This document shows positions 51,850-62,309 of a stretch of DNA of 64,000 nt, piece after piece; position 1 is the stretch's first letter; each line of letters opens with the position of its first letter. A program made the position numbers and the translations under genes. This stretch comes from Deltaproteobacteria bacterium. GTDB lineage: Bacteria; CG2-30-53-67. The notes under the pieces were generated by a model. That model worked only from the letters and a program-made list of their open reading frames with translations. It had not been told where the DNA came from and ran no database searches. Location: contig JAADIO010000016.1 in the NCBI GenBank assembly GCA_013151235.1, forward strand, positions 1 to 64,000, in the 5' to 3' direction.

Positions 51850-53589
51850 GTGACGGAAAAAAATCAGAAACAGAAGATCGGCCAACTCCTGCGGGAGCTG
51901 AAAGTTGTCGACGAAGAGCAGCTTTCCCGTGCGCTGGAAGAGCAGAAACGAACCCGGGAACGGCTCGGTTCCGTCTTGATCAAGATGGGGTTTCTGACCT
52001 CGGAAGATCTCGACTATCTGTTGGCCCGGCAGTATAACGTTCCCTTCATCAGCCTGGAACAATACCGAATCGACACGCATGCGGCTCACCTCATTCCCGA
52101 AAAATACTGTCGGGAACACAACGTGGTCGCCGTGCAGCGGAACAAAAACCTCCTCAGCGTGGCCATGGCCAACCCACGAGACATTGTCGTGATCAATGAG
52201 CTTTCTTTTATTACCGGTCTTAAAATCGCTCCCGTGGTTAGTGCTGAAATCTCGATCCTCCGGACGATTGATGCTCTCTTTAAAAAGAAGGTCGTGGAAG
52301 AGACATCCCTGGACTGGGAGACGGAATTGTCCGCGAAGGAAGAGGTTGATATTGAAATCATCCGGAGCGAGGATGAACCGGCCGACATTGAAGACATTAT
52401 CTCCTCCTCAGAAGAGGCGCCCGTTGTCCGGTTGGTGAACCTGGTTCTTTTGGCGGCGCTCGACAAAAAGGCGACCCATGTTCATATCGAACCGCTTATG
52501 GACACGCTTCAGATCCGGCTTCGGATCGACGGAGTCCTGACGGAACTAACCACTCCGGCGAAAAAACACCACATCAATATCATCAACCGCTTGAAGATCT
52601 TAAGCACCCTGGATATTACGAAGCACAATCTTCCCCAGGAAAACTATTTTCAGATCCGGTCCCGGGGACGGTTCGTCGATGTCAAGGTGTCGACCTTTCC
52701 CACCCGTTACGGGGAGAGCATGGTCTTAAGTCTCCATGCCCAGTATCAGAAGACTCTCGATCTGGAATCTCTGGGGATGCATCCGGATGTTCTCCAGGCG
52801 TACAAACAACTGGTGAGCGCCAAACGGGGCTTTGTCTTGGTGGTGGGCCCCAACAACAGTGGGAAAACCTCCACGATTTATTCCACCTTGAATTATTTAA
52901 ACCAGCCGGAAAAGAGCCTCTATACCTTTGAGAACCCGATCAAGAACCTGATCGAAGGGATCTTCCAGGGACAGCCGAATGAAAAAGCGGGGTTTTCCTA
53001 TGCCGAGGGAGTTCGTGCCATCCTGGCCCAGGATCCCGACGTCATGATGTTGGGGGATATGAATCATGCCAAGGCGATTGGACACTCCCTTCAGTCCTCC
53101 CTCTCCCGCACCCTTGTGCTGGGACGGCTCAACTACAACGATGCGGCCGGTGCCGTTCTACACCTTCTCGATATGGGAATCCCTCCCTTCCTGATTTCCC
53201 AGGCGGTTACCGCCGTGTTGAGTCAACGGATGGTACGGCGAATTTGCCCCCACTGCTCGGAAAGTTATCTCCCTCCGGGAAAAATTATTGAAGAGATCAA
53301 AGATCATGCGGGAAGCAAGGAGGTCATCTTTTACCGTGGAAGCGGTTGCCGGGATTGTGGCGAGACCGGCTATCTGGGAACGGTCGGCATTTTCGAACTG
53401 GTCCGCATGAATGAGGAGATGCGTCGAATGGTACTGGAACGGGCCGGGCGGGATGAACTCCTTGCCGCCATTCGGCGGGCGGGGACCGTTACGCTCTATC
53501 GGGACGCTCTGCAGAAGGTTCTGAGCGGGCTCACCACCTATGAAGAGATCCTCAATATAGCGGATCTTGAAGGAATACGAAAAAAGTGA
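51850..53589 (+). CDS. GspE/PilB-family protein with degenerate ATPase motifs
   Basis: MshEN N-terminus, APVVRLVN, HIEP, RIDGVL, GPNNSGKT, QDPDV, CPHC/CRDC. Confidence 0.85.
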   Translation: MTEKNQKQKIGQLLRELKVVDEEQLSRALEEQKRTRERLGSVLIKMGFLTSEDLDYLLARQYNVPFISLEQYRIDTHAAHLIPEKYCREHNVVAVQRNKNLLSVAMANPRDIVVINELSFITGLKIAPVVSAEISILRTIDALFKKKVVEETSLDWETELSAKEEVDIEIIRSEDEPADIEDIISSSEEAPVVRLVNLVLLAALDKKATHVHIEPLMDTLQIRLRIDGVLTELTTPAKKHHINIINRLKILSTLDITKHNLPQENYFQIRSRGRFVDVKVSTFPTRYGESMVLSLHAQYQKTLDLESLGMHPDVLQAYKQLVSAKRGFVLVVGPNNSGKTSTIYSTLNYLNQPEKSLYTFENPIKNLIEGIFQGQPNEKAGFSYAEGVRAILAQDPDVMMLGDMNHAKAIGHSLQSSLSRTLVLGRLNYNDAAGAVLHLLDMGIPPFLISQAVTAVLSQRMVRRICPHCSESYLPPGKIIEEIKDHAGSKEVIFYRGSGCRDCGETGYLGTVGIFELVRMNEEMRRMVLERAGRDELLAAIRRAGTVTLYRDALQKVLSGLTTYEEILNIADLEGIRKK

Positions 53590-53601
53590 ACAGGGGAAAA
53601 G

Positions 53602-54423
53602 ATGCGGAGTATTGAAGAAGGATTGGAAAAGGCTCGACGGGAACGGAAGGGGACACAGGTCGAGGGGAATCATGCCTTCCTTCAGGAGTGGCAGGGACGG
53701 TCGATCGATCGATCAAAGTTGAGCGCCTATCTTGTTTCCCTCCTGGAACCGAAGTCTCTGGCTGCGGAACAGTTCAAACGTCTTCGTACTTTAATCCTTC
53801 GGAAAATGAAAAGCCGGATGGAAAATACGATTCTTGTGACAAGTGCCGTCCAGGGAGAAGGGAAGACCACGACGGCCCTGAATCTGGCGATCTCCGTCGC
53901 TCAGGGGATGAATGAAACAGTCCTCATGATCGATACTGATCTGCGAAAACCGGGGGTCCACACCCACCTGGGGATTGAGGCGGAGCGGGGACTCGTTGAT
54001 TACCTGCGGGAAGAGTGCGACCTGCCCGAACTTTTGGTCAAAACGGAAGTCCCCAAGTTGACGATCCTTCCCTCCGGTACACCTCCTGAAAACCCTTCCG
54101 AACTGCTGGCCTCCAACCGGATGAGTCAACTGCTGCGGGAGGTCAAGGGACGTTATGACAATCGGTTTGTCATCCTCGACACTTCTCCGATCAATGTTTT
54201 TACGGACACATCAATTCTGGCGCCCCAGGTGGAGGGGGTCCTCCTTGTGATCAAGGACGGCGAAACCCCCCGCGATTACGTACATCGTGCGATTATGCAA
54301 TTGGAGGGCACGAATCTTCTCGGGTTGATCCTGAATCAGTTCTCCGCGCCGGAATCCCTCAAGGATACCTATTACTATTATTATGATTATGATTACGATC
54401 GTTCGGACAAGTCCCGATCGTAA
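53602..54423 (+). CDS. BY-kinase (CpsD/CapB-family tyrosine autokinase)
   Basis: AEQFKRLRT, GEGKT, DTDLRKP, ILDTSP, C-terminal Tyr cluster DTYYYYYDYDYD. Confidence 0.93.
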   Translation: MRSIEEGLEKARRERKGTQVEGNHAFLQEWQGRSIDRSKLSAYLVSLLEPKSLAAEQFKRLRTLILRKMKSRMENTILVTSAVQGEGKTTTALNLAISVAQGMNETVLMIDTDLRKPGVHTHLGIEAERGLVDYLREECDLPELLVKTEVPKLTILPSGTPPENPSELLASNRMSQLLREVKGRYDNRFVILDTSPINVFTDTSILAPQVEGVLLVIKDGETPRDYVHRAIMQLEGTNLLGLILNQFSAPESLKDTYYYYYDYDYDRSDKSRS

Positions 54424-54470
54424 AGGAGCGGCTGTACAAGACGTCCGTTTTGCAAAGAAGCCGTTCAGGA

Positions 54471-54716
54471 TTAGAACCCCATTTGTTCTTTTCTGGCCAG
54501 AAGAATTTCCTCGTTTTCCTCGTGATCAGGGTCCGGCACACAGGCCTCAACGGGGCAGACCTCGGCACACTGGGACGCTTCATGAAATCCCTTGCATTCG
54601 ACGCATTTTTCCGGATCGATCACGTAGGTCGGGTCCCCCTCGGCAATGGCGCTGACGGGACAGACCGCTTCACATTCCCCACAGGCGACGCATTCATCGT
54701 TGATTCGATAGGCCAT
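54471..54716 (-). CDS. 2[4Fe-4S] ferredoxin (YfhL-like)
   Basis: CVACGECEAVCP and CVECKG.....CAEVCPV. Confidence 0.93.
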   Translation of the reverse strand: MAYRINDECVACGECEAVCPVSAIAEGDPTYVIDPEKCVECKGFHEASQCAEVCPVEACVPDPDHEENEEILLARKEQMGF

Positions 54717-54903
54717 CTTGAGTTCCTCCCTTGAAAGATTTCCGGCATCATCAAAAGTCTCTCCGCCTGCTGCGTTTATGAGTCCGCATTGAGCTTCGAA
54801 GATGTTCCTATGTAATGACAGAGATTCCCGGACCTGTCAAGCATTCTCCGATTTTTGCGGGTTTTCTGTTGCCGAAAGCCTGCAAGACCGACGGACAATA
54901 AGG

Positions 54904-54932
54904 TTGACAGAAAATCAAGGAAACTTTATACT
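54904..54932 (+). promoter_or_regulatory. Putative sigma-70 promoter
   Basis: TTGACA-17 bp-TATACT. Confidence 0.6.
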
Positions 54933-54990
54933 TTCTGCGCAGTAGTTGGACGGAATTGATCCCGGACGATGCGGGGGAAGGGAGAAGGAA

Positions 54991-55734
54991 ATGAGGCAGA
55001 TGCGTGTACTCTTTGCAGTCATGGGGCTGTGCTTTCTCATCAGCCTGTCCCAGGCCGAGGCGGCAAATCCGCGGATATCCTTTCAGGAGAAGGATTACAA
55101 TTTTGGAACGGTGAAAGAAGGAACGGAGGTGACCCATGAATTCAGTTTTCGTAACGGGGGAGACGCCGATCTGGTCATCACCGATGTCAAGACCTCCTGC
55201 GGATGCACGGCGGCGGTGACTTCCGCCAAAACAATTGCCTCGGGAAAGAGTGGGACGCTGAAAGTGACCTTCAACTCCCGGGGGCGCCGGGGACACCAGA
55301 CCAAGACGATTACCGTTTATTCCAATGATCCCGGACAACCCCGGGCGGCGGTCCGGCTGGAAGGTGAGGTGGATGCCGGAGATCAGCCGAAGATCTTTGT
55401 GAACCCCATGCGTCTCGATATCGGGGTCGTCCCCCCCGGGGAGTCGGTGGTACGGGAACTCTCGGTCAGTAACAAGGGAACGGCGGAACTCGTCCTGGAA
55501 AATTTCGTCGGGCGAAACAGCGTCGCCGTGGAAACAACGGGTGGCGCAAAGATCGAACGGACGGTGAAACCGCAGAAGACGGTCAAAATCCGGGTAATCG
55601 TCACACCGAAGAAGAGAGAAGGCGTCTACCAGGGCTATTTGCAGATCCGAAACAATTCCCTTCGTCGTATTGTTACGGTCCCCGTCTACGGTTACGTCAG
55701 CGATAAATACGAATTGAAACCGCAGTACCGATAG
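54991..55734 (+). CDS. DUF1573 (Ig-like) domain exported protein
   Basis: Signal peptide, YNFGTV, F.F.N.G...L.I..V..SCGCT, SNDP; second Ig-like repeat. Confidence 0.85.
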   Translation: MRQMRVLFAVMGLCFLISLSQAEAANPRISFQEKDYNFGTVKEGTEVTHEFSFRNGGDADLVITDVKTSCGCTAAVTSAKTIASGKSGTLKVTFNSRGRRGHQTKTITVYSNDPGQPRAAVRLEGEVDAGDQPKIFVNPMRLDIGVVPPGESVVRELSVSNKGTAELVLENFVGRNSVAVETTGGAKIERTVKPQKTVKIRVIVTPKKREGVYQGYLQIRNNSLRRIVTVPVYGYVSDKYELKPQYR

Positions 55735-55737
55735 GGT

Positions 55738-56733
55738 ATGGCACTTTTTGACCTCCACAAACGTCGCATCAACTATCTTCGCATCTCCGTGACCGACCGG
55801 TGCAATCTTCGATGCCTCTACTGTGTGCCCGACCGTGAACGATCCTTTCTTTCCAGGGAGGAGATCCTCCGTTATGAAGAGATCCTCCGGGTGGCATCTT
55901 TTGCCGTCCGGGAGGGAATTACGAAGATCCGTATTACCGGCGGGGAACCTCTGATTCGTCGCGGTGTCGTCGATCTGATCGCCCGTCTTCACCGCATCCC
56001 CGGCCTTGTGGAGATCAGCCTGACCACCAACGGCATCCGCCTCAAGGACCTTGCCCGTCCCCTTTATCTCGCAGGTGTGCGGAGGATCAATATCAGCCTT
56101 GACACCCTGAACCCGAAGCGGTTCCGCCGGATCACCCGGCAGGGGGCAATTGATGAGGTCTTCGCCGGAATCGCCGCTGCGGAGGCGGAAGGATTTTTTC
56201 CGATCAAGTTGAACATGGTCGTCATGAAGGGGGTCAATGACCATGAAATCCCCGAGTTTGTCCGCTTGGCCCGGGAGTCCCCCTATCACATACGTTTTGT
56301 CGAATTGATGCCGATGGGGCTTTGCCCCGTCCCCCGGCATTCCTTTCTTCCCGCCACCGAGATCCTGGACGCGGTCCGATCTCATGCCGATATCTCGCCG
56401 GTGCCCCCTCATCCCTATGAAGGTCCCGCCGTTCGTTACCGGATTCAAGGGGGCAAAGGAGAAATCGGGATCATCAGTCCTTTGAGCAACCACTTCTGCG
56501 GTTCCTGCAACCGTCTGCGGTTGACCGCCGACGGACATTTACGGAGCTGTCTCTTTTCGGATCGGGAGATCCATCTCAAGCCGGCCCTGCGAAACGGCCG
56601 GGATAACGCAGCGATCGAGAAACAGCTCAAGATCCTTTTTCAGCAGGCCCTTCACGCCAAGCCGGCCGGTCATATGATTCGTTCCGATGATTCCGCAGGC
56701 CTCGCCCGGACCATGACGGCCATCGGCGGCTGA
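55738..56733 (+). CDS. moaA: GTP 3',8-cyclase
   Basis: YLRISVTDRCNLRCLYC, TGGEP, FCGSCNRLR, C-terminal IGG. Confidence 0.97.
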   Translation: MALFDLHKRRINYLRISVTDRCNLRCLYCVPDRERSFLSREEILRYEEILRVASFAVREGITKIRITGGEPLIRRGVVDLIARLHRIPGLVEISLTTNGIRLKDLARPLYLAGVRRINISLDTLNPKRFRRITRQGAIDEVFAGIAAAEAEGFFPIKLNMVVMKGVNDHEIPEFVRLARESPYHIRFVELMPMGLCPVPRHSFLPATEILDAVRSHADISPVPPHPYEGPAVRYRIQGGKGEIGIISPLSNHFCGSCNRLRLTADGHLRSCLFSDREIHLKPALRNGRDNAAIEKQLKILFQQALHAKPAGHMIRSDDSAGLARTMTAIGG

Positions 56734-56806
56734 TCGGGAAGAGATTGTCATCGCCCGCCCGTAATCAATGGCGTTCACTGTATTTCCCGCAGGAGAAAAA
56801 AGGCGG

Positions 56807-57589
56807 ATGCCCGACATCGAGATTCAGGGCCAACGAATCCACTACCTGGACCGGGGGAAGGGAGAGGTCGTCTTCATGCTCCACGGGCTGGCCGGGTCCT
56901 CCCGCTTCTGGGAGGATACCCTGAACGTTCTTCCGGAGGGGTTTCGGGGGATTGCGCCGGACCTGCCCGGGTTCGGAGACTCGGAAAAGCCGAAACGGAG
57001 ATACAGCTGTTCCGATCATCTTGCGATGATGCAGGGATTGGCGAATTTCCTCGGGCACAAACCACTTTTTCTTGTGGGCCATTCCATGGGCGGGGTGGTG
57101 GCGCTCTTGTGGACACTGAATATGCCGGAGACCGTCCGGAAGATGATCCTGGTCAATGTCCCGGTCTCCGGAGGACGCGCCCTCCATGGACGGGGAAGAA
57201 TCGGTGCCGCCCTGCCGGGTCTGGCTGCCGTACAGATCGGGCTCCATCTACCCCCGGTCTTGTGGATGCTGCGCAAATTTCTGCGATACTATTATGTTCT
57301 CGATCCCCGTTTCACAAAAGACGCAAGAAAGGCGCCCCTCTACAGTTTATGGGGAAACGCCAGGGCATTGAAAAGACTCGATCTTTCTCCCCGGTTGTCT
57401 GAAATCAAAGTCCCGACCCTGGTGATCGGCACCCGGAAAGACGGAATCGTCCGCCCTTCGGAATTTGAAAAAACGGCCCGGAAAATTCCCGGCTCCGAAG
57501 CAGTCTGGATCGACGGGGCCGGCCATTGTCCCACGTTGGAACGGCCGGAGGAGACTCACAGGATGATGATGGCGTTTCTGAAATCGTAA
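56807..57589 (+). CDS. Alpha/beta fold hydrolase
   Basis: HG, DLPGFGDS, GHSMG nucleophile elbow, GH. Confidence 0.9.
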   Translation: MPDIEIQGQRIHYLDRGKGEVVFMLHGLAGSSRFWEDTLNVLPEGFRGIAPDLPGFGDSEKPKRRYSCSDHLAMMQGLANFLGHKPLFLVGHSMGGVVALLWTLNMPETVRKMILVNVPVSGGRALHGRGRIGAALPGLAAVQIGLHLPPVLWMLRKFLRYYYVLDPRFTKDARKAPLYSLWGNARALKRLDLSPRLSEIKVPTLVIGTRKDGIVRPSEFEKTARKIPGSEAVWIDGAGHCPTLERPEETHRMMMAFLKS

Positions 57590-57618
57590 AACAGTATGGT
57601 AAGTGAAGGAGTTTAGAG

Positions 57619-58662
57619 ATGAACGAAAAGGTCGCCGTCATCGGCGCCGGAGCCTGGGGAACCACCCTGGCCAATCTCCTTGCTAAAAAGGGAATAAACG
57701 TTTCCCTGTGGGTCTTTGAAAAGGACCTTGCGAAGAGGATGGGGGAAGAACATGAAAACCGGCTCTATCTTCCCGGCGTCCTGCTGTCGGAACGGCTTGT
57801 CCCCTCCTCCTCTGTGGAAGCGGTTGCGCACGGATGCCGAACTTTTTTGCTGGTGACTCCTTCCCACGTAACGCGGAAGGTGATCCGGGCCTTTGCGCCC
57901 TCTCTTCCCGACGATGCCCTGGTGATCAGCGCCGGCAAGGGGATAGAAAATGAGACCCTCATGACCCTGTCGGAGGTCCTGCCCGCGGAATTGCCGCAAC
58001 TCCCGAAGTCGAACTTCGCCTATCTTTCGGGACCGAGCTTCGCCCGGGAGGTTGCCGCCGAACTTCCCACGGCGGTCTCCGTGGCATCGAAGGACCGCAG
58101 GACGGCCGAGGTGGTACAGCAGCTCTTCTCCACCCCCTACTTCCGGGTTTATACCACACCGGATGTGGTCGGCGTGGAGCTGGGTGGCGCCGTGAAGAAC
58201 GTCATGGCCATTGCCGCGGGCTTAAGTGACGGCCTTGGGTTCGGTTATGATACGAGGGCCGCTCTCATCACCCGTGGATTAAATGAGATGTCCCGTCTCG
58301 GCACAACCCTTGGGGCGCTGCCGCGCACCTTCATGGGGCTGGCCGGGCTGGGGGATCTCGTCCTCACCTGCACGGGAGATTTGAGCCGGAACCGGACGGT
58401 GGGGCTGAAACTTGCCGAAGGCAAGACGATGGAGGAGATCGTCAGCACGACCCGGACTGTTGCCGAAGGGATCCGGACTACCCGGTCGGTTCATGACCTG
58501 GCTGCACGGGAGGGGGTGGAGATGCCGATTACCCGGCAGGTCTACCGGATCCTCTACGAAGGGATCGACCCGAAGGATGCCGTACGGGAATTAATGAGCC
58601 GGGACCCGAAGGATGAACTGGAAGAGGAGGAGGATCGAAAACGGATGGGGTGGAGTTCATGA
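57619..58662 (+). CDS. gpsA: NAD(P)H-dependent glycerol-3-phosphate dehydrogenase
   Basis: GAGAWGT, KGIE, SGPSFA, GAVKNV, GLGDLVLTC..SRN. Confidence 0.97.
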   Translation: MNEKVAVIGAGAWGTTLANLLAKKGINVSLWVFEKDLAKRMGEEHENRLYLPGVLLSERLVPSSSVEAVAHGCRTFLLVTPSHVTRKVIRAFAPSLPDDALVISAGKGIENETLMTLSEVLPAELPQLPKSNFAYLSGPSFAREVAAELPTAVSVASKDRRTAEVVQQLFSTPYFRVYTTPDVVGVELGGAVKNVMAIAAGLSDGLGFGYDTRAALITRGLNEMSRLGTTLGALPRTFMGLAGLGDLVLTCTGDLSRNRTVGLKLAEGKTMEEIVSTTRTVAEGIRTTRSVHDLAAREGVEMPITRQVYRILYEGIDPKDAVRELMSRDPKDELEEEEDRKRMGWSS

Positions 58663-60296
58663 CACCGGGTGAGGTCTTTCGGATTTTCATGGGGATTTTC
58701 GGCGGCGTGGGGCTCTTTGTCTACGGAATGAAACGGACCGCCGGCGGTCTCCAGAAGGTCGCCGGAAAACGGATGCGTGACATCCTGAGCAGTCTGACCG
58801 ACACCCCCGTCAAGGGGACCGTCATCGGTGCCCTCATGGCGGCCACGATTCAGTCTTCCAGCGCCACCACGGTCATGCTCGTCGGTTTTGTGAACGCCTC
58901 TCTCATGACGCTGACCCAGGCCATCGGCGTGGTCTACGGCGCAAACATCGGGACCACCTTCACCGTCCAGTTGATCGCCTTCCGGCTGGCCGACTACTCC
59001 CTTCTCCTTATCGGGACGGGGGTCCTCCTCTATGTCTCCAAGCGGAACCGGCTTGTTCAGTATCTCGGGCAATCCATCCTGGGCTTCGGTTTCATCTTTC
59101 TGGGGCTGAAGATCCTGTCCGAGACCACACTTCCCCTTCGTTCCTATCCCGGCTTCGTAGATGCCATGGTCTCCATGGGAGCTTACCCCCTCTTCGGGAT
59201 CGTCGTCTCCGCTGTTTTCACCGGGATCATCCAGAGCAGCGCCGCCACCATCGGCATTGCCATGGTCCTCACCAGCCAGGGGATCCTCGATCTCAGTGCA
59301 GCGATTCCGATATTTCTCGGCGCCGACATCGGGACCTGCAGCACGGCACTGATCTCCAGCATCGGATCGAATCGGGAAGGCAAACGGGTCGCCGTGGCCC
59401 ATCTCCTTTTCAACCTGATCGGGACGATGCTCATTTATCCCTTCATGGGACAGTTCCATGATCTGATCCTCTGGGTCTCCAACCCCTTTACCTCGAGCGT
59501 CTCCCGGCAGATCGCCAACGGGCACATGCTCTTCAAGCTCCTCGATACGCTGGTCTTTCTGCCCCTGACGGTCCCCTTCCGAAAACTGATTATCTTCATG
59601 CTCCCCATCGTCCCGGAACTTGAACGGGCCTTCCGGGTCCGTTACATCGATGAGCAGGTCCTTGACACCCCGGAAATCGCCCTGGGCGAGGCCTACAAGG
59701 AGGCGGAACGGATGGGGTACCGGGTCCTGGAGATGCTGAAGACATCCATCATCGTTTTCCAGGAGGATGATGATTACCTCCGGCAGAAGCTCAAGAAGAT
59801 GGACAATGAGATCGACTTCCTCGATGATGCAATTACCCGCTATCTGACCACCCTTTCCCAGGGTGACCTGACGGTCGAGCAGTCCCAGCGGGAGGTCTCC
59901 CTCCTCTATTTTGTGGATGATCTGGAGCACATCGGGGACCTGATCGACAAGAGTCTCATGGAACTCGCGAGGAAGAAGATCGATCTCCGGCTGAGCTTTT
60001 CTCCGGCGGGCGTACAGGACATCATCCGGATGCACCACCAGGTATGTACGCACCTGCAACAGGCAATCCGGTCCTTTATGGAAGACGATGATGGCCTGGC
60101 CCGGCAGCTCCTTGATGCCTCGTCCCGCATCGAACAGCTGGAAGCCGATCTCCGTCTGGCCCATGTCAAGCGGCTCCACGGAGGACTTCAGGAGACGATC
60201 GATACCAGCTCAATCCACCTCGACGTGATCAGCACTTTCAAGCTGATCAGTGCCCACACCGCCAATATTGCACAGGTTGTCTCCGGAGAGGTCTGA
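58659..60296 (+). CDS. Na+/Pi cotransporter family protein with PhoU-like C-terminal domains
   Basis: Two QSSSA/QSSAA repeats, GANIGTT, DLEHIGD. Confidence 0.93.
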   Translation: MTPGEVFRIFMGIFGGVGLFVYGMKRTAGGLQKVAGKRMRDILSSLTDTPVKGTVIGALMAATIQSSSATTVMLVGFVNASLMTLTQAIGVVYGANIGTTFTVQLIAFRLADYSLLLIGTGVLLYVSKRNRLVQYLGQSILGFGFIFLGLKILSETTLPLRSYPGFVDAMVSMGAYPLFGIVVSAVFTGIIQSSAATIGIAMVLTSQGILDLSAAIPIFLGADIGTCSTALISSIGSNREGKRVAVAHLLFNLIGTMLIYPFMGQFHDLILWVSNPFTSSVSRQIANGHMLFKLLDTLVFLPLTVPFRKLIIFMLPIVPELERAFRVRYIDEQVLDTPEIALGEAYKEAERMGYRVLEMLKTSIIVFQEDDDYLRQKLKKMDNEIDFLDDAITRYLTTLSQGDLTVEQSQREVSLLYFVDDLEHIGDLIDKSLMELARKKIDLRLSFSPAGVQDIIRMHHQVCTHLQQAIRSFMEDDDGLARQLLDASSRIEQLEADLRLAHVKRLHGGLQETIDTSSIHLDVISTFKLISAHTANIAQVVSGEV

Positions 60297-60342
60297 AAAA
60301 TGAAAATTCACCCGCAGGAAAAAAACCGGAAAGGAAGAGTGC

Positions 60343-61104
60343 ATGGACCCCGATGAGTTGAAGAAATTGCTCCAGGAGATCCGAAAGGGAAAGATGAGTG
60401 TAACCGAAGGGATGAAGCGTCTGCGGGATCTCCCTTATGAGGATCTCGGTTTTGCCCACATCGATCATCATCGGGCACTCCGCCAGGGGAGTCCGGAAGT
60501 GATCTTTTGTGAAGGAAAAACGGAGAGCCGGATTGTGCAGATTGTGGAGCGGATGCTGGCACAAGGGTATGACGTGTTGGCGACGCGGGCCTCTCCGTCC
60601 ATCTACCGGGAGATCCGGAAACTCGACGGGAAGGCCCGGTATTACACAGACTCCCGTACCATCGTGATCCGGCGGAAAAAGAAACGCCTTGTGGGAAGCA
60701 TCCTGATCCTTTCCGCCGGGACCTCGGACATCTCCGTCGCCGAGGAGGCGGCCGTCACGGCCGAGACCCTGGGGAGCCGGGTGGAGACCCTCTACGACAT
60801 CGGCGTCTCGGGAATCCACCGCCTCTTCGACCAGCGTGAAAAGATTATGTCCGCCCGGGTCCTCATTGTTGTTGCCGGAATGGAGGGGGCACTGGCCAGC
60901 GTTGTCGGAGGGCTGGTCGATAAACCAATCATCGCCGTTCCCACCAGTATCGGATACGGTGCGAGTTTCGGCGGGATTGCCGCCCTGTTGGGGATGCTCA
61001 ACTCCTGTGCCGCAGGCGTGGCCGTCGTTAACATCGACAACGGTTTCGGTGCGGGGGCCATGGCACACCGGATCAACCTCCTCGGAAAGAGTCCATCGAG
61101 TTAA
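60343..61104 (+). CDS. larB: Nickel pincer cofactor biosynthesis protein LarB (PurE-like)
   Basis: DHHRALRQG.PEVIF, AGTSD, AGMEGAL, PTSIGYGA, VNIDNGFGA. Confidence 0.92.
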   Translation: MDPDELKKLLQEIRKGKMSVTEGMKRLRDLPYEDLGFAHIDHHRALRQGSPEVIFCEGKTESRIVQIVERMLAQGYDVLATRASPSIYREIRKLDGKARYYTDSRTIVIRRKKKRLVGSILILSAGTSDISVAEEAAVTAETLGSRVETLYDIGVSGIHRLFDQREKIMSARVLIVVAGMEGALASVVGGLVDKPIIAVPTSIGYGASFGGIAALLGMLNSCAAGVAVVNIDNGFGAGAMAHRINLLGKSPSS

Positions 61105-61237
61105 AGACTGTATGACCTGCGCCCAGCTGGAACCGAAAGATATTTACGACAAAGTCCTTCGGTGGACAGACAAAAGGGCCTTCCGCTATTTGTGCTGAAG
61201 GCCCTTTCCGACAGATGGTTCCCGACTGCCGTTGTTC

Positions 61238-62161
61238 TCAGATCTTTGCGAGCCACTCGGGGTGCTTGCTGTTTTTCCCGTGGACCGCCTCGAAGTAGCT
61301 CGACTGGATTTTCCGTGTCACCGGTCCCGGCTTGCCTTCCCCGATGGTCCGCCCGTCGATCTCCCGGATCGGGGTGATCTCGGCGGCGGTGCCGACAAAG
61401 AAGGCCTCGTCGGCGATGTAAAGCTCATCCCGGGTAAACCGTTCCTCCGTAACCTCAAGGCCCGCTTCCTTTGCGAGCGTCATCACCGATTCCCGGGTGA
61501 TCCCCTCAAGAATCGAGGTCAGAGGAGTGGTCTTGATCCGTCCTTTCCGGACGATAAAGATGTTCTCTCCCGGACCTTCAGAGACATACCCCTCGGTATC
61601 CAGCAGAAGTGCCTCATGATAGCCGTGAGCAATCGCCTCCCTCTTGGCGAGCTGGGAGTTGATATAGGAACCGCAGGCCTTGGCCTTGGTCATGGCGGTA
61701 TTGACATGGGTTCGGGCGTAGGAGGAGACCATGACGCGGATCCCGTTTTTCAGCCCATCTTCCCCGAGGTAGGTCCCCCAGGGCCAGGCGGCGACGGCAA
61801 CCTGAATGGGATTGTCCTTGACGTAGAGTCCCATGTCCCCGTAACCGATGAAAACGAGAGGACGGATGTAGCATTCGGTGAGGCCGTTGACCCGGACCGT
61901 ATCGAGGTTTGCTTCGAAGAGTTCGCGGTTCGTGTAGGGGATCTCCATCTGCATGATGTGAGCCGAGGCGAAAAGGCGATCCACATGCTCCTGCAGGCGG
62001 AAAATGGCCGAGCCGCCGTCGATTTCGTAACAGCGGATCCCTTCGAAAACTCCCATGCCGTAATGGAGGGTGTGGGTCAGGACATGGACATTCGCCTCCG
62101 ACCAAGAGATGAATTTCCCGTCCATCCAGATTTTTGATGCTTCCTGAATCATTGCTTTCAT
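61238..62161 (-). CDS. ilvE: Branched-chain amino acid aminotransferase
   Basis: [40 protein letters not shown]. Confidence 0.96.
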   Translation of the reverse strand: MKAMIQEASKIWMDGKFISWSEANVHVLTHTLHYGMGVFEGIRCYEIDGGSAIFRLQEHVDRLFASAHIMQMEIPYTNRELFEANLDTVRVNGLTECYIRPLVFIGYGDMGLYVKDNPIQVAVAAWPWGTYLGEDGLKNGIRVMVSSYARTHVNTAMTKAKACGSYINSQLAKREAIAHGYHEALLLDTEGYVSEGPGENIFIVRKGRIKTTPLTSILEGITRESVMTLAKEAGLEVTEERFTRDELYIADEAFFVGTAAEITPIREIDGRTIGEGKPGPVTRKIQSSYFEAVHGKNSKHPEWLAKI

Positions 62162-62309
62162 TCTCCTGCAGAGAGTTACAAGTAAAATAAGTTATAAGAT
62201 TCTTTCGGGCCTGTCAATCATTTTCAGGTTTGTGCAAATGGATTGATTGACAGGTATTTATAACTCATTGTAAAATAATAAAAAGTAATAAATTTATTTC
62301 GGATTTTTC

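Noticed and set aside
51850-53589. Functional type IV pilus or type II secretion locus
   Set aside because: ATPase motifs are degenerate and no other pilus or T2SS components are in the window
54745-54780. Fragment of palindromic family B (CTGCTGCGTTTAT)
   Set aside because: Match too short and right end missing
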